From Candidatus Latescibacterota bacterium (GTDB lineage: Bacteria > Latescibacterota > MWCZ01): a stretch of 64,000 nucleotides of DNA. Below are positions 1 through 9,350 of the stretch, piece by piece. The notes beneath the pieces were generated by a model that saw only the letters and a program-made list of their open reading frames with translations, searched no databases and was not told where the DNA came from. Positions within the stretch are counted from its first letter, which is position 1; every line of letters starts with the position of its first letter. The DNA lies in assembly GCA_022706085.1 (NCBI GenBank), contig JAKJDF010000001.1, positions 48,394 to 112,393 of the forward strand. The letters run 5' to 3'. A program made the position numbers and the translations under genes.

Positions 1-1
1 G

Positions 2-808
2 TGTGAAGGGATCCGGGGCGCAGTCGTTTCGTCGCAGAAGCCTCTCGTCTACTTCCATTCAAACGGAACGTTGTACTCAGTAGACATTGATACCTTCGAA
101 GAGAAAGAAATCTCTCACTTCGAAACAGACCACAACCAACATGGTGGCCGATTTTCGGCGTGGCTCTCAGCCGACGAGCGCTTCTGCTTCGTGTCGGTGT
201 TCGATAAATCGGGACACGAACTCATCGTTCGCCACGCGACCGATGGTTCGGGGACGACTGTGATAGCAAGTGCTGAGGAGATGCGCATCCACAGCATTGA
301 TCCTGCGGGACGAGGGCTTTTTGCATCCCTGAAGGAAAACGGAGGATGGGTCATCTGGCTGGTGGATTTCGAAGGCACGCGCGCCGTGCGGTATGGCGAG
401 AACGTGTGCTCACACCTGAGTCCGCTGGGGAATACCGGAACCCTGCAGGGTTGTGCCGTCTGGCCCGAGCATTCGCTCCTGTTGCTCACCCCCGGACAGA
501 AACAGGAGAACCGGTTGCTCAGCGGACCCGATTTCTGGCATTCCTCGGCGTCGCCCGATGGCCGTTGGATCGTGGCAGATACAAATCGGCCAAACGAAGG
601 GATTTTCCTGGTGAACGTTGCGACCCGGCGAAGTGCGGTGCTGTTGCACCCTCACAACCTCGGTGGGGACGCGCCGTGGTCGCACGCGCATCCGTTTTTC
701 AGCCCCGACATGCGGCATGTCGCGTTCACTACCGATGCGACCGGAAGCGCGCAGGTGTGCCTCTTGGAAATTCCGGCATCGCTGATGGAGCAACTTGCCC
801 TGCCGTAG
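2..808 (+). CDS. TolB-like beta-propeller protein (oligogalacturonate-lyase-like family), 5' end cut by window edge
   Basis: Frame of listed ORF 71..808 stays open back to nt 2 (KPLVYFHSNGT precedes the listed TTG start). Propeller-blade motifs SASPDGRWIVADT and FFSPDMRHVAFTTD. Family call is by recognition only. Confidence 0.5.
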   Translation, partial: CEGIRGAVVSSQKPLVYFHSNGTLYSVDIDTFEEKEISHFETDHNQHGGRFSAWLSADERFCFVSVFDKSGHELIVRHATDGSGTTVIASAEEMRIHSIDPAGRGLFASLKENGGWVIWLVDFEGTRAVRYGENVCSHLSPLGNTGTLQGCAVWPEHSLLLLTPGQKQENRLLSGPDFWHSSASPDGRWIVADTNRPNEGIFLVNVATRRSAVLLHPHNLGGDAPWSHAHPFFSPDMRHVAFTTDATGSAQVCLLEIPASLMEQLALP

Positions 809-850
809 AAACGTCGGGGGCGGTATCCTTTCAGGTGGCGCGCCCGGGCG

Positions 851-1918
851 TCAGGGAACCGGAACCGGTTTGCCGTTGCTCTCAAGGATCGCGTCTATCA
901 CGCGAAGAACGTTGATACCGGTATCGGCGGCCACAGGCACTGCACCCTCTCCCATGAACGCCTCGTACGACAGCGCGATGTTCGTCTGATGACTTGATCC
1001 GTAACACGCCTTTCCCAGAAACGCACCCTCCACTGCGAACTGGGGAGATTCTGGCAGGATGTTTTGTTCAACGATGCTGTTGCCGTCGGCGACGACGAAC
1101 GTATTTTTGCCATCAACGGATCCGCGCAATTCGACGCGGATAACATCCCTCCTGTCCCCGCAGACGGTGCACATGAACCGGGAAAGGATGCCGTTTCTGA
1201 AATGAAGTTCTCCCTCAACCCTGTCTGGAACGTCGATCCCGGGGTGGAGAACCCTGTCTGTCGAACATTCGGCTACAACTTCCGTGACAGGCGAATCCGC
1301 AAGCCACATCACGAGATCCAGGGTGTGGTAAGCCTGATTCGACAGAACGCCTCCCCGCGCTTCCGAATCACGGCCGCGCCACCCCGATCCCGCGTCGTAA
1401 TACTCGGCAGAGCGGAACCAGTCCACGGTCCAGTCTATCCGCGTGAGTGTCCCGAGATCTCCGGCCGCAACTCTCTTTTTCATCCACGCTTTTTCACCGT
1501 TCAACCGGTTCTGACTGATCAAAGAAAATCCGACACCGTTGGATGCGATGGCATCGCGCATCATTCGCGCTTCCGAAGCATTCAGTGCCATCGGTTTCTC
1601 GCATATCACGCTTTTGCCATGTTCTGCGGCCGCAATCGTCGCGGGCGCGTGCAGGTGGTGCGGCAGACAGATGTGGACGACATCGACATCCGCCTGCCGG
1701 AGGAGTGTCCGATAATCTGGAAACACCTCGACCCCGGATGGTATGGCAGACGCGCGCTCGGAAACCGGTTCCGCAACTCCAACGATCTCCACGTCGGGGA
1801 CGGGGTGGATACTGCCGTCTGGCGTCCCTCGCACTGAGTAAAGATGAACCGGCCCGATAGAACCAAAACCGAACACGGCACCCTTGACGGGACGGCGAGT
1901 TATTGGGAGTTTGGGCAT
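851..1918 (-). CDS. Gfo/Idh/MocA family NAD(P)-dependent oxidoreductase
   Basis: ORF 851..1999. Rossmann start VFGFGSIGPVH and EKPMALN motif. Start moved to ATG at 1918 (MPKLPITRR...) because the 27 upstream codons are Arg/Ser-rich and precede the fold. Confidence 0.8.
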   Translation of the reverse strand: MPKLPITRRPVKGAVFGFGSIGPVHLYSVRGTPDGSIHPVPDVEIVGVAEPVSERASAIPSGVEVFPDYRTLLRQADVDVVHICLPHHLHAPATIAAAEHGKSVICEKPMALNASEARMMRDAIASNGVGFSLISQNRLNGEKAWMKKRVAAGDLGTLTRIDWTVDWFRSAEYYDAGSGWRGRDSEARGGVLSNQAYHTLDLVMWLADSPVTEVVAECSTDRVLHPGIDVPDRVEGELHFRNGILSRFMCTVCGDRRDVIRVELRGSVDGKNTFVVADGNSIVEQNILPESPQFAVEGAFLGKACYGSSHQTNIALSYEAFMGEGAVPVAADTGINVLRVIDAILESNGKPVPVP

Positions 1919-2046
1919 GGCGATCCTTTCAAACTGCTGCATGAACATCTGAATCGAAACGAGGCTCTCCTGTTTGGAAGAACGGCAACGCGCTGGCACG
2001 GGTCAACGTGGGCCTTCCGCAGCATGCCCCCCGGAGGAAAGTGAGA

Positions 2047-3468
2047 ATGGTAGCAGTGAGAACTGAAACAGACGCTCTTGGGACGCTGACGCTGGACGCG
2101 AACACGCGTTACGGCATCCATACTGCCCGCGCAATCGCAAGTTTCGGACCTGCGGACCGCCCCGTTCCCCGAGGCCTTATCCATGCGTACGCCGACGTGA
2201 AGCGCGCATGTGCTCGTGTCAATCATCGCCTCGGTTACCTCACCGACGAACAGGCTGTCGCTCTGGAGGCAGCCTGCAGCGAGATGGCAGGCGGATTACT
2301 CGACGAGTGGATCGTTGTTGACGCCTTTCAGGGTGGCGCCGGCACCAGCACCAACATGAACGTGAACGAGGTTCTCGCCAACACCGCATTGCTCGCCACC
2401 GGAAGAAGGTGCGGCGATTACGGCTGGCTTCATCCCATTGACCACGTCAACCTGCACCAATCCACGAATGACACGTATCCGACAGCGCTGCGAGTCGCTG
2501 TCATTCGGCAGCTCCGCGCCCTCAGTGATTCCCTCGTGCGGCTTGTGGAATCGTTCCAGCAGGCGGAAAAACGGTTCGCCGACGTCGCCAAAGTGGGCAG
2601 AACTGAGATGCAGGATGCGGTCCTGATTACGCTCGGACGGGAAATGGGCGCATACGCGGAAGCGTTTTCGCGCGACCGCTGGCGCGTGTTCAAATGCGAG
2701 GAGCGGATTCGCGTATCAAACCTCGGCGGAACCGCCGTTGGAACCGGCATCACTGCCCCAAGGCAATTCATTTTCCAGGCCACTGAGGAGCTGCGCACAA
2801 TCACAGGATTGCCGATCGCCAGAGCGGAGAACCTTGTCGAGGCAACGCAGAATCAGGATGCCTGGGTTGAGGTAGCCGGAATCCTCAAGGCGCTCGCATC
2901 GAACCTGATCAAGATTGGAAATGACCTTCGCCTGCTCTCCAGCGGGCCGCATGCTGGTCTGCGGGAAATCCATCTTCCGCCCATGCAGGAGGGTTCATCC
3001 CTCATGCCCGGCAAGGTAAACCCGGTCATCCCTGAAATGGCAGTCCAGACCGGTATGGCGACGTTCGGGTTCGAACAAATGATAAGCCTTGCCGTATCCG
3101 CGGGGAACCTGGAACTGAATGCCTTCATGCCGCTTGTCGCGTACGCCATACTTACCAGTCTCGATCTGCTGGAACGCGCAGTCGACCGGCTCGCCGGTTT
3201 GTGCGTACAGGGGATCGAAGTAGACCGCGAGCAATGCGCGGCCCACGTCGTCAGAAGTCACGCTGCGGCAACAGCTCTCGTCCCCGTCCTCGGGCACGAT
3301 GCCACGGCGCGGCTGGTGGCGGAAGCAGAACGTTCGGGCAGGTCCCTGAGAGATGTTGCCGTCTCTTCCCGCGCGCTTACGGCCGAAGAATGGGAAGACC
3401 TTACGAGTGTGGAGCGTGTCAACGCCCTGGGTTCGCCCGTGGCGCGCAGAAGAAAGGAGGGGAACTAG
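2047..3468 (+). CDS. aspA: aspartate ammonia-lyase (class II fumarase/aspartase family)
   Basis: ORF 2008..3468. Fumarate-lyase signature GSSLMPGKVNPVIPE. QGGAGTSTNMNVNEVLAN and HQSTNDTYPTA blocks look like aspartase rather than FumC. ATG 2047 has GGAGGA about 9 nt upstream. Confidence 0.8.
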   Translation: MVAVRTETDALGTLTLDANTRYGIHTARAIASFGPADRPVPRGLIHAYADVKRACARVNHRLGYLTDEQAVALEAACSEMAGGLLDEWIVVDAFQGGAGTSTNMNVNEVLANTALLATGRRCGDYGWLHPIDHVNLHQSTNDTYPTALRVAVIRQLRALSDSLVRLVESFQQAEKRFADVAKVGRTEMQDAVLITLGREMGAYAEAFSRDRWRVFKCEERIRVSNLGGTAVGTGITAPRQFIFQATEELRTITGLPIARAENLVEATQNQDAWVEVAGILKALASNLIKIGNDLRLLSSGPHAGLREIHLPPMQEGSSLMPGKVNPVIPEMAVQTGMATFGFEQMISLAVSAGNLELNAFMPLVAYAILTSLDLLERAVDRLAGLCVQGIEVDREQCAAHVVRSHAAATALVPVLGHDATARLVAEAERSGRSLRDVAVSSRALTAEEWEDLTSVERVNALGSPVARRRKEGN

Positions 3469-3522
3469 AACCCGCGCGACGGCGGTGAGCCAACGCGCGG
3501 GCCCCAGGCACACCAAAAACAA

Positions 3523-4506
3523 TCACCGTTTCACTTTTACAGCTTTGCCGAGAGCCGCCGATTCCCAGGCCGCCTCCGTCAACTGAATCACCCGAAGCCC
3601 GCACTCCGCCGGGGATTCCAGCTCCGCCTTCCCCAAAATCGCATCCACGAAGTTGCGGTCCGGATCCGTTCCGCCTGGCATTCGCTGCGGGAGATGCACC
3701 TCACCGTCCTCGCTCACGTACATCGTCGGGAAACCGTTCCGGAATGCGATGATGCCTTTTTCACCCCAGATCGTCACGTCTTCCCACCAGCGCAGCCCTT
3801 CTCCCACAATGCTGAAGGTGCCCTGGGCACCACCCTTGAACTGCACGCTCACTGCCGAGTTGATGTCAACCGGAGTGCCGCAGTTGTCTATCACCGCCGT
3901 GACCTTCTCAGGAACCAGACCGGTAACCCACAGCACAATGTCCACAAGATGGCTTCCGGAATCGTTGAGTTGCCCGCCGCCCGAAAGCTCGGGAATTTGC
4001 CTCCAACTGCCGGCTGTCGCCCTCTTCCATTCCTGGGATTGCTGTGCCGCAACAAACTGGATCTTCCCCAGCTTGCCCTCTGCAATCAGCTCCTTGGCGA
4101 ATCGAAAGCTTCGATCGAAATGGCGCTGATAACTGACCTGAACTTTCAGACCTGTTTCCTTGGCCTTTTTCACAACCGCACGGGCATGCTCCGTTTTGCA
4201 CACCATGGGCTTTTCCGTCAGAACATGAAGCCCGCGGTCGAGCCCTGCCATGATCTGTTCGAAATGCAGCGTGTGAGGTGTGTGAATCTCGATCGCGTCC
4301 AACTTCACCGTTTCCAGCATTTTGCGCCAATCGCTGAACGCCGGGGCTTTCGCCAGTTCAGGGTGGCGTTCCTTGAAAGTCTTCAGGGTGGTTTCATTGG
4401 TATCGCACAGCGCGACGATCTGAGCATCCGGCATTCCCGCAATACGATAGGCATGGCCGTTTGACACACCTCCACAACCGATGAATCCGATCCGAACCTT
4501 TTTCAT
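3523..4506 (-). CDS. Gfo/Idh/MocA family oxidoreductase
   Basis: ORF 3523..4611. Real start most likely ATG 4506 (MKKVRIGFIGCGGVSNGH Rossmann motif). LTEKPMV family motif. Confidence 0.8.
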   Translation of the reverse strand: MKKVRIGFIGCGGVSNGHAYRIAGMPDAQIVALCDTNETTLKTFKERHPELAKAPAFSDWRKMLETVKLDAIEIHTPHTLHFEQIMAGLDRGLHVLTEKPMVCKTEHARAVVKKAKETGLKVQVSYQRHFDRSFRFAKELIAEGKLGKIQFVAAQQSQEWKRATAGSWRQIPELSGGGQLNDSGSHLVDIVLWVTGLVPEKVTAVIDNCGTPVDINSAVSVQFKGGAQGTFSIVGEGLRWWEDVTIWGEKGIIAFRNGFPTMYVSEDGEVHLPQRMPGGTDPDRNFVDAILGKAELESPAECGLRVIQLTEAAWESAALGKAVKVKR

Positions 4507-4553
4507 CTGCTCCCTCCAGAGTGTAACACACGTACGACAACCAACTACCTGCA

Positions 4554-6389
4554 TCAACGAACGCTGGAATGCGTTGTGCGCAGATGCGCCGGCAAACCCC
4601 ACCAGGCCCATGTCTGCAAATGCGCAGCCGCAAAAGCGATTGCGCCGGGATCTCCGTAAAAAACCACTCCCGTGGGTGAATCAGCCGCCCGAACGGCACA
4701 CACCGCACGGCCATTCCTCAAAGCTTCAAAAAAACCTCCGGAGTCGGACTTGTTCCCGAGCCAGAGGGTCCGAGCGTTCTCTCCACGCGGAACGCCGCTT
4801 AACGCAACAACAAAGGGCACCAAACTGCTCAACCGTTCAATTCTGGGACAGGCCCGCACAAGGTCAGTCCCATCATCCAGAGCCGCTGCCACCCCAACGT
4901 CACCGGACAACACCGTCCCTACGGCTTCCGTGAGTGCGTAGATCCCGGCCTGATCCCCCGGTTCGATCTGCAGGACCGGCAGCGCGCCCTGGGCAACAAA
5001 CGGCGCCACGCATCGTTCCAGAAACACTCCCCAGGGGATTCCCGGTTGACCCGCTGCCGCGGCCCACTCACTCTCAGAATTCCGCAGAAGTCCCATTAAA
5101 AGGGATTTCTGCTCTGCTCCAATCCGGAAGGAAACACGGCAGCCGGCCCGCACGTTCCCCGGTAATTGAACGATGACGGATCGCGGAAACGTCTCAACAA
5201 GCCCCGACACCTGCACGCGGTCGGTTGCGCCAATCGCTCTTTCGCCGGGCACAGAATCCGTCCACACAATTTCATCGCCCATAGCCGACAGAGGCAAGCC
5301 ACGCCCCCGCAGAGATCTGAACCCTGGCAACGGATCCGCTGAAGGCACGTACGCGTAATTCACCGAATAGTCGCGGTCTCCATCATGCCGATTCAGTGGC
5401 GGTTGAACGCACACCTTCTCCTTGATGCCGGCTTCAACTCCTCCACAAAGCGAGTTGAGCGCTGCAATCGCATAGTACGTGGATTCCAGCCTGGACCGCC
5501 TCCCCGGCCGATCACCGAATCCCCCGTCCGCGTTCTGGCATGCGTTGACAAATGCCACTGCTCCGAGACTGTCAGCCGGAACGGCCCCCAGCGCACGGAG
5601 AGCATCAATCGCAAGCCATGTATACCAGACGTCACTCGACTGGGTCACTTGCGACGCGGGACGGAACGAAAACCCGCCATCGGGGTTCTGGCAGGACTGC
5701 AACCACGCCCTGACCCGTGGGCGCCAGGGTACCTCGTAACCGAGTTTCGTCAGCGACTGAACCGCGCAATAGGTGTTCCAGAGATGCTCCGTCCACAATA
5801 AGAACGAACCTTCGCTCGTTGAATCGTTTCGAAACGTGGCGACTCGCAGGCTGTCCGATCTCGTTCCCGGCCGGGGGATTTCCCGGAAAAAACCGTTCTG
5901 AGTAAGCCTGTCCACGAAGAACTGCGCTGCGTTTTCGGGAGAGACAGGTTTCGCGCCCGCAGCGGTCAGGAGTTCTATCGCGCGATATGTTGCGCCGATG
6001 CTCCCATTCCACCCGCCATCCGGTTCTTGCGTTGCTCTCAGTCCGGAAACGGTGCTGTCGTCGGGAACGAGTCCCAGCATATGGAGCGCGAGCGCCCGTT
6101 CAGAATACGATTCCGAAAGCATTGCCCCGGCGGGTTGTTCTCGAAGGAACGATGCCGTTTCGACGCGATTCGGTATGGGAGCGCCTGCGGTCCGGAGAAT
6201 CGCCAGTCCGAAAAACGTCCAGTGTACCCCGCGGTAAGGCTGGAAAACCGGACCGAAACCGCCTTCCGGTCTGGCCGCTGATAGCGTATAGGACAGCGCG
6301 GACGCTGCGCCGACTACCGTCGTCGGGCGCTCGTTTCCACACCCGCTGACGGCAACCGCGCAGACGACGCAAAGCAGTTTGCGAAACAT
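4554..6389 (-). CDS. lipoprotein with prenyltransferase/squalene-cyclase-type repeats and an uncharacterised C-terminal half
   Basis: Lipobox MFRKLLCVVCAVAVSGC. Repeated QxxDGG[FW] motifs (QEPDGGWNGS, QNPDGGFSF, QNADGGFGDRPG) in residues ~30-330. Residues ~340-611 match nothing I recognise. Confidence 0.6.
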   Translation of the reverse strand: MFRKLLCVVCAVAVSGCGNERPTTVVGAASALSYTLSAARPEGGFGPVFQPYRGVHWTFFGLAILRTAGAPIPNRVETASFLREQPAGAMLSESYSERALALHMLGLVPDDSTVSGLRATQEPDGGWNGSIGATYRAIELLTAAGAKPVSPENAAQFFVDRLTQNGFFREIPRPGTRSDSLRVATFRNDSTSEGSFLLWTEHLWNTYCAVQSLTKLGYEVPWRPRVRAWLQSCQNPDGGFSFRPASQVTQSSDVWYTWLAIDALRALGAVPADSLGAVAFVNACQNADGGFGDRPGRRSRLESTYYAIAALNSLCGGVEAGIKEKVCVQPPLNRHDGDRDYSVNYAYVPSADPLPGFRSLRGRGLPLSAMGDEIVWTDSVPGERAIGATDRVQVSGLVETFPRSVIVQLPGNVRAGCRVSFRIGAEQKSLLMGLLRNSESEWAAAAGQPGIPWGVFLERCVAPFVAQGALPVLQIEPGDQAGIYALTEAVGTVLSGDVGVAAALDDGTDLVRACPRIERLSSLVPFVVALSGVPRGENARTLWLGNKSDSGGFFEALRNGRAVCAVRAADSPTGVVFYGDPGAIAFAAAHLQTWAWWGLPAHLRTTHSSVR

Positions 6390-6483
6390 GCGGAGGTGCT
6401 CCAGAAATCATACCAAGCGTACGAGCTTCACCGGTGAGCAGCAACCGTGCGCCGTTGTGAACGCCCCACGGTAGTGCGTCATT

Positions 6484-7158
6484 TTGTTAATGTTCCCCTC
6501 TATGCGCTGGCAACCTTGGAAAGGATTGGACGTGGTTTTCAGCAAACTGTCCCCTCGCGGTTTATCGTGCGTATTTGGCGCCACAATGCTGCTGTTTCTT
6601 CCGGGGCTGGCGGGCGCAGTCTCTTATGTCGGCCTTGGCGGTGGTATGTCTCCGCACATCAATACGACCGTCGTTTCCAACTACGCGACAGGATTGGACA
6701 CCGTCAAATTCCGTGGCGGGTACGGCTTTGAAGCGCAGTTTGGCTGGGAAGCAGCACCGTGGATAGATATCGAGGGCGCGCTGCGGTATCACCTCTCGGG
6801 GAAAACCGATACTCTGCGTGCAGACCGCGAAATCGTCAGCGGCCTCGACATCATCGGCGCCGAAGGAGGTATCAGGCTCCACCCCCGCCGGGGCTGGTCA
6901 AACAGTGGACCGTATCTGAGAGGGGGCATTGGCTCCTTTTCCACGACGCTGAGCCTTGACAGGGGTGCGGCATCACAGAACGGCGAGCCGGCGCTTGGGT
7001 ACTATGCCGGTATCGGCTACGTGCGCGAAATCAGCGGCTCCTGGGGCGTCGACCTGCGAGCAACGTACATCCGGTTCAACGCATTTGACATGAACGCCGA
7101 CGGACGGAAGTTTCGCGCGGGGTTTCTCGCCGTGACAGCCTCCCTGGTCGTATTCTGA
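6484..7158 (+). CDS. small outer-membrane beta-barrel protein (putative)
   Basis: Signal-like hydrophobic N-terminus (LLFLPGLAGA), alternating-polarity strands, C-terminus ...TASLVVF ending in Phe. Start codon uncertain. Confidence 0.5.
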   Translation: MLMFPSMRWQPWKGLDVVFSKLSPRGLSCVFGATMLLFLPGLAGAVSYVGLGGGMSPHINTTVVSNYATGLDTVKFRGGYGFEAQFGWEAAPWIDIEGALRYHLSGKTDTLRADREIVSGLDIIGAEGGIRLHPRRGWSNSGPYLRGGIGSFSTTLSLDRGAASQNGEPALGYYAGIGYVREISGSWGVDLRATYIRFNAFDMNADGRKFRAGFLAVTASLVVF

Positions 7159-7164
7159 CCCTCT

Positions 7165-7959
7165 TTACCTTCCCTCCCTCGCGAATGCCCGCGAGTACGG
7201 AAACCGGTCGTTCCGCGGAGTAGCCGAGAGCTGCGACAGGAAATCCGCGATTCGCGAGATACATGTCTCCGCGTACCGAATGCCCTTTTCTGCGTTGGCC
7301 AGGTGAGGGTCTCCCGAGGCCGAATCTTTCGTGAAAAGGTGCCAGGGACGGGCAATCTGAACCCAGCCGGAGTTCATGCCTTCGAAGTCGGTTTCCCGCG
7401 TGGAACCATCCCCCGCGCGCTCCAGATGGACAAGTTCAGTCATAAGGTGCAGTGCCACGCTCGTTTCCATCTCTCCTGAATGGTCATCGAGGTGCGTGAA
7501 GATATCCTTATACACGTCCTCACCGACCGTCCACCAGTTGATGCTGCACACGAACATCTGCGGATTGCGGCATTGCTCGCGAAGATAGCTTTTGAACTCG
7601 TTTCCCCCGTGCCCGTTAAGAATCACCAGCTTGGGAACCCCGTGGCAGACGAGGGACTCGATGAGATCGTCCACGATGAGGTTCAGCGTTTTCTGATAGA
7701 GACTCATCGCGAACGGGAAACCAAGCTGGTTCGTGTCCACGCCGTACGGGATTGTTGGCAACGCGATCGTCCGCGCCCCGCCCTCGTTGGCTCTTCGGCA
7801 TGCCTCCTCCGCAATCGCCTTCACCGAGAGGAAATCCTGCCCGTAGGGAAGGTGTTTGCCGTGGGGCTCGGTCGCGCCAATCGGCAGAACCGCAACTTCG
7901 TATTCGAGCGACCGTACATCCGAATAGCAGCATCGTTCGAGAACCGGTGGGTGGGCCAT
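7165..7959 (-). CDS. creatininase-family amidohydrolase
   Basis: ORF 7165..8190. Motifs LPIGATEPHGKHLPYGQD and VILNGHGGN. Start placed at ATG 7959 (MAHPPVLER...), preceded by GGAGG; upstream codons are Arg/Cys-rich. Confidence 0.8.
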   Translation of the reverse strand: MAHPPVLERCCYSDVRSLEYEVAVLPIGATEPHGKHLPYGQDFLSVKAIAEEACRRANEGGARTIALPTIPYGVDTNQLGFPFAMSLYQKTLNLIVDDLIESLVCHGVPKLVILNGHGGNEFKSYLREQCRNPQMFVCSINWWTVGEDVYKDIFTHLDDHSGEMETSVALHLMTELVHLERAGDGSTRETDFEGMNSGWVQIARPWHLFTKDSASGDPHLANAEKGIRYAETCISRIADFLSQLSATPRNDRFPYSRAFAREGR

Positions 7960-8150
7960 CTTTTCCTCCCTGTGTCTGAGAAGCATGCATCGCTGTTTCC
8001 TTTCAAAGATATCGGTCTCACCCGGCGCGTTCCACCTGTGCCGTTCCGTTGCCAAACGAAGGCGCCTGCGGCGATATTTCAGTTTTGAGTTCTGTTCTGA
8101 AGCACGGATAACCGTCCGGATACCGACGCACCACGCATCACACCCGCCAG

Positions 8151-9215
8151 ATGGAACGAAACATGACGCAACACACACCCCCGCGCGCATTCATCACCGG
8201 TGGAGCGGGCTTTCTCGGGATCAACCTCATCCGTTACTTGCTGCCCAAGGGCTTCAGGATCACTTCGTACGACAAAGCGGATTTCACGTACCCCGAACGC
8301 GACCAGGTCACCGTCGCCACGGGCGACATTCGCGACTTCGACACCCTGAAAGCTGCGATGGCCGGCTCTTCCATCGTCGTTCATTGCGCAGCCGCCCTTC
8401 CCCTGTATTCAGAAAAGGACATCCTTTCCACCGATATTGACGGAACGAGAAACGTTCTGGAAGCCGCCCGTCAGAACGGAATCGAATGGGTTGTCCACGT
8501 GTCTTCCACCGCGGTCTACGGCATTCCGGACCATCATCCGCTCCGTGAAGATGATCCCCTGGAAGGCGTCGGCCCCTACGGCATCGCGAAAGTCGAAGCG
8601 GAAAAGGTGTGCCTGGAGTTCCGCAAGAAGGGCATGTGCATACCGATCATCCGCCCGAAATCATTCGTCGGCCCGGAACGCCTCGGCGTGTTCGCGCTCT
8701 TCTACGAATGGGCCAAAGACGGGAAAAACTTCCCTATGATCGGCAACGGCAGGAACAGATACCAGCTCCTCGACGTGGAAGACCTGTGCGAGGCGATCTA
8801 CCTGTGTATGACCGGCGATCCGGCAAAGGTCAACGACGTGTTCAACATCGGCGCGAGCGAATTCACCACCATGCGGGAGGATTACCAGGCCGTGCTCGAC
8901 CGGGCGGGTTTCGGAAAGCGAATCATCGGATTCCCGGCCGCACCCGTGATCTGGACGCTCCGGTTTCTGGAAATGCTCCACCTGTCTCCCCTGTACAAGT
9001 GGGTGTACGAAACCGCGGCAACCGACTCGTTCGTCTCCATCGAGAAAGCACAGCGCGTGCTGGGTTTCTCACCCCGGTTTTCAAACAAGCAGGCACTTGT
9101 GCGAAATTTCGAATGGTACCTCGAGCACCTGAGCGAATTCGAAAACGTAACCGGAATCAGTCACCGCGCCCCGTGGAAACAGGGCATTCTCAAGCTCTTC
9201 AAGGTGTTTTTCTGA
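8151..9215 (+). CDS. NAD-dependent epimerase/dehydratase family protein
   Basis: Rossmann motif TGGAGFLGINL and catalytic YxxxK (YGIAK). Alternative start at ATG 8163. Confidence 0.8.
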   Translation: MERNMTQHTPPRAFITGGAGFLGINLIRYLLPKGFRITSYDKADFTYPERDQVTVATGDIRDFDTLKAAMAGSSIVVHCAAALPLYSEKDILSTDIDGTRNVLEAARQNGIEWVVHVSSTAVYGIPDHHPLREDDPLEGVGPYGIAKVEAEKVCLEFRKKGMCIPIIRPKSFVGPERLGVFALFYEWAKDGKNFPMIGNGRNRYQLLDVEDLCEAIYLCMTGDPAKVNDVFNIGASEFTTMREDYQAVLDRAGFGKRIIGFPAAPVIWTLRFLEMLHLSPLYKWVYETAATDSFVSIEKAQRVLGFSPRFSNKQALVRNFEWYLEHLSEFENVTGISHRAPWKQGILKLFKVFF

Positions 9216-9229
9216 GCTCTTCGCAATCG

Positions 9230-9312
9230 CCCCGGTGGCGAAACTGGTAGACGCTGCGGACTTAAAATCCGCTGGCCCAAAGCCGTTCGGGTTCGAGTCC
9301 CGACCGGGGCAC
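9230..9312 (+). tRNA. tRNA-Leu (anticodon TAA)
   Basis: Acceptor stem GCCCCGG/CCGGGGC. Anticodon stem GCGGA/TCCGC with loop CTTAAAA. Long variable arm (class II). T-loop GGTTCGAGTCC. CCA not encoded. Confidence 0.9.
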
Positions 9313-9350
9313 TCAAAAACAGCGCGTCACTTGCCGAGGGTCACCCCCCC

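Noticed and set aside
9230-9312. tRNA-Leu (and tRNA-Ala at 35245) as integration sites of a genomic island carrying the DUF11 locus
   Set aside because: No integrase, excisionase or transposase is present in the window. I found no direct repeat of the tRNA 3' ends by eye and no evident compositional break.
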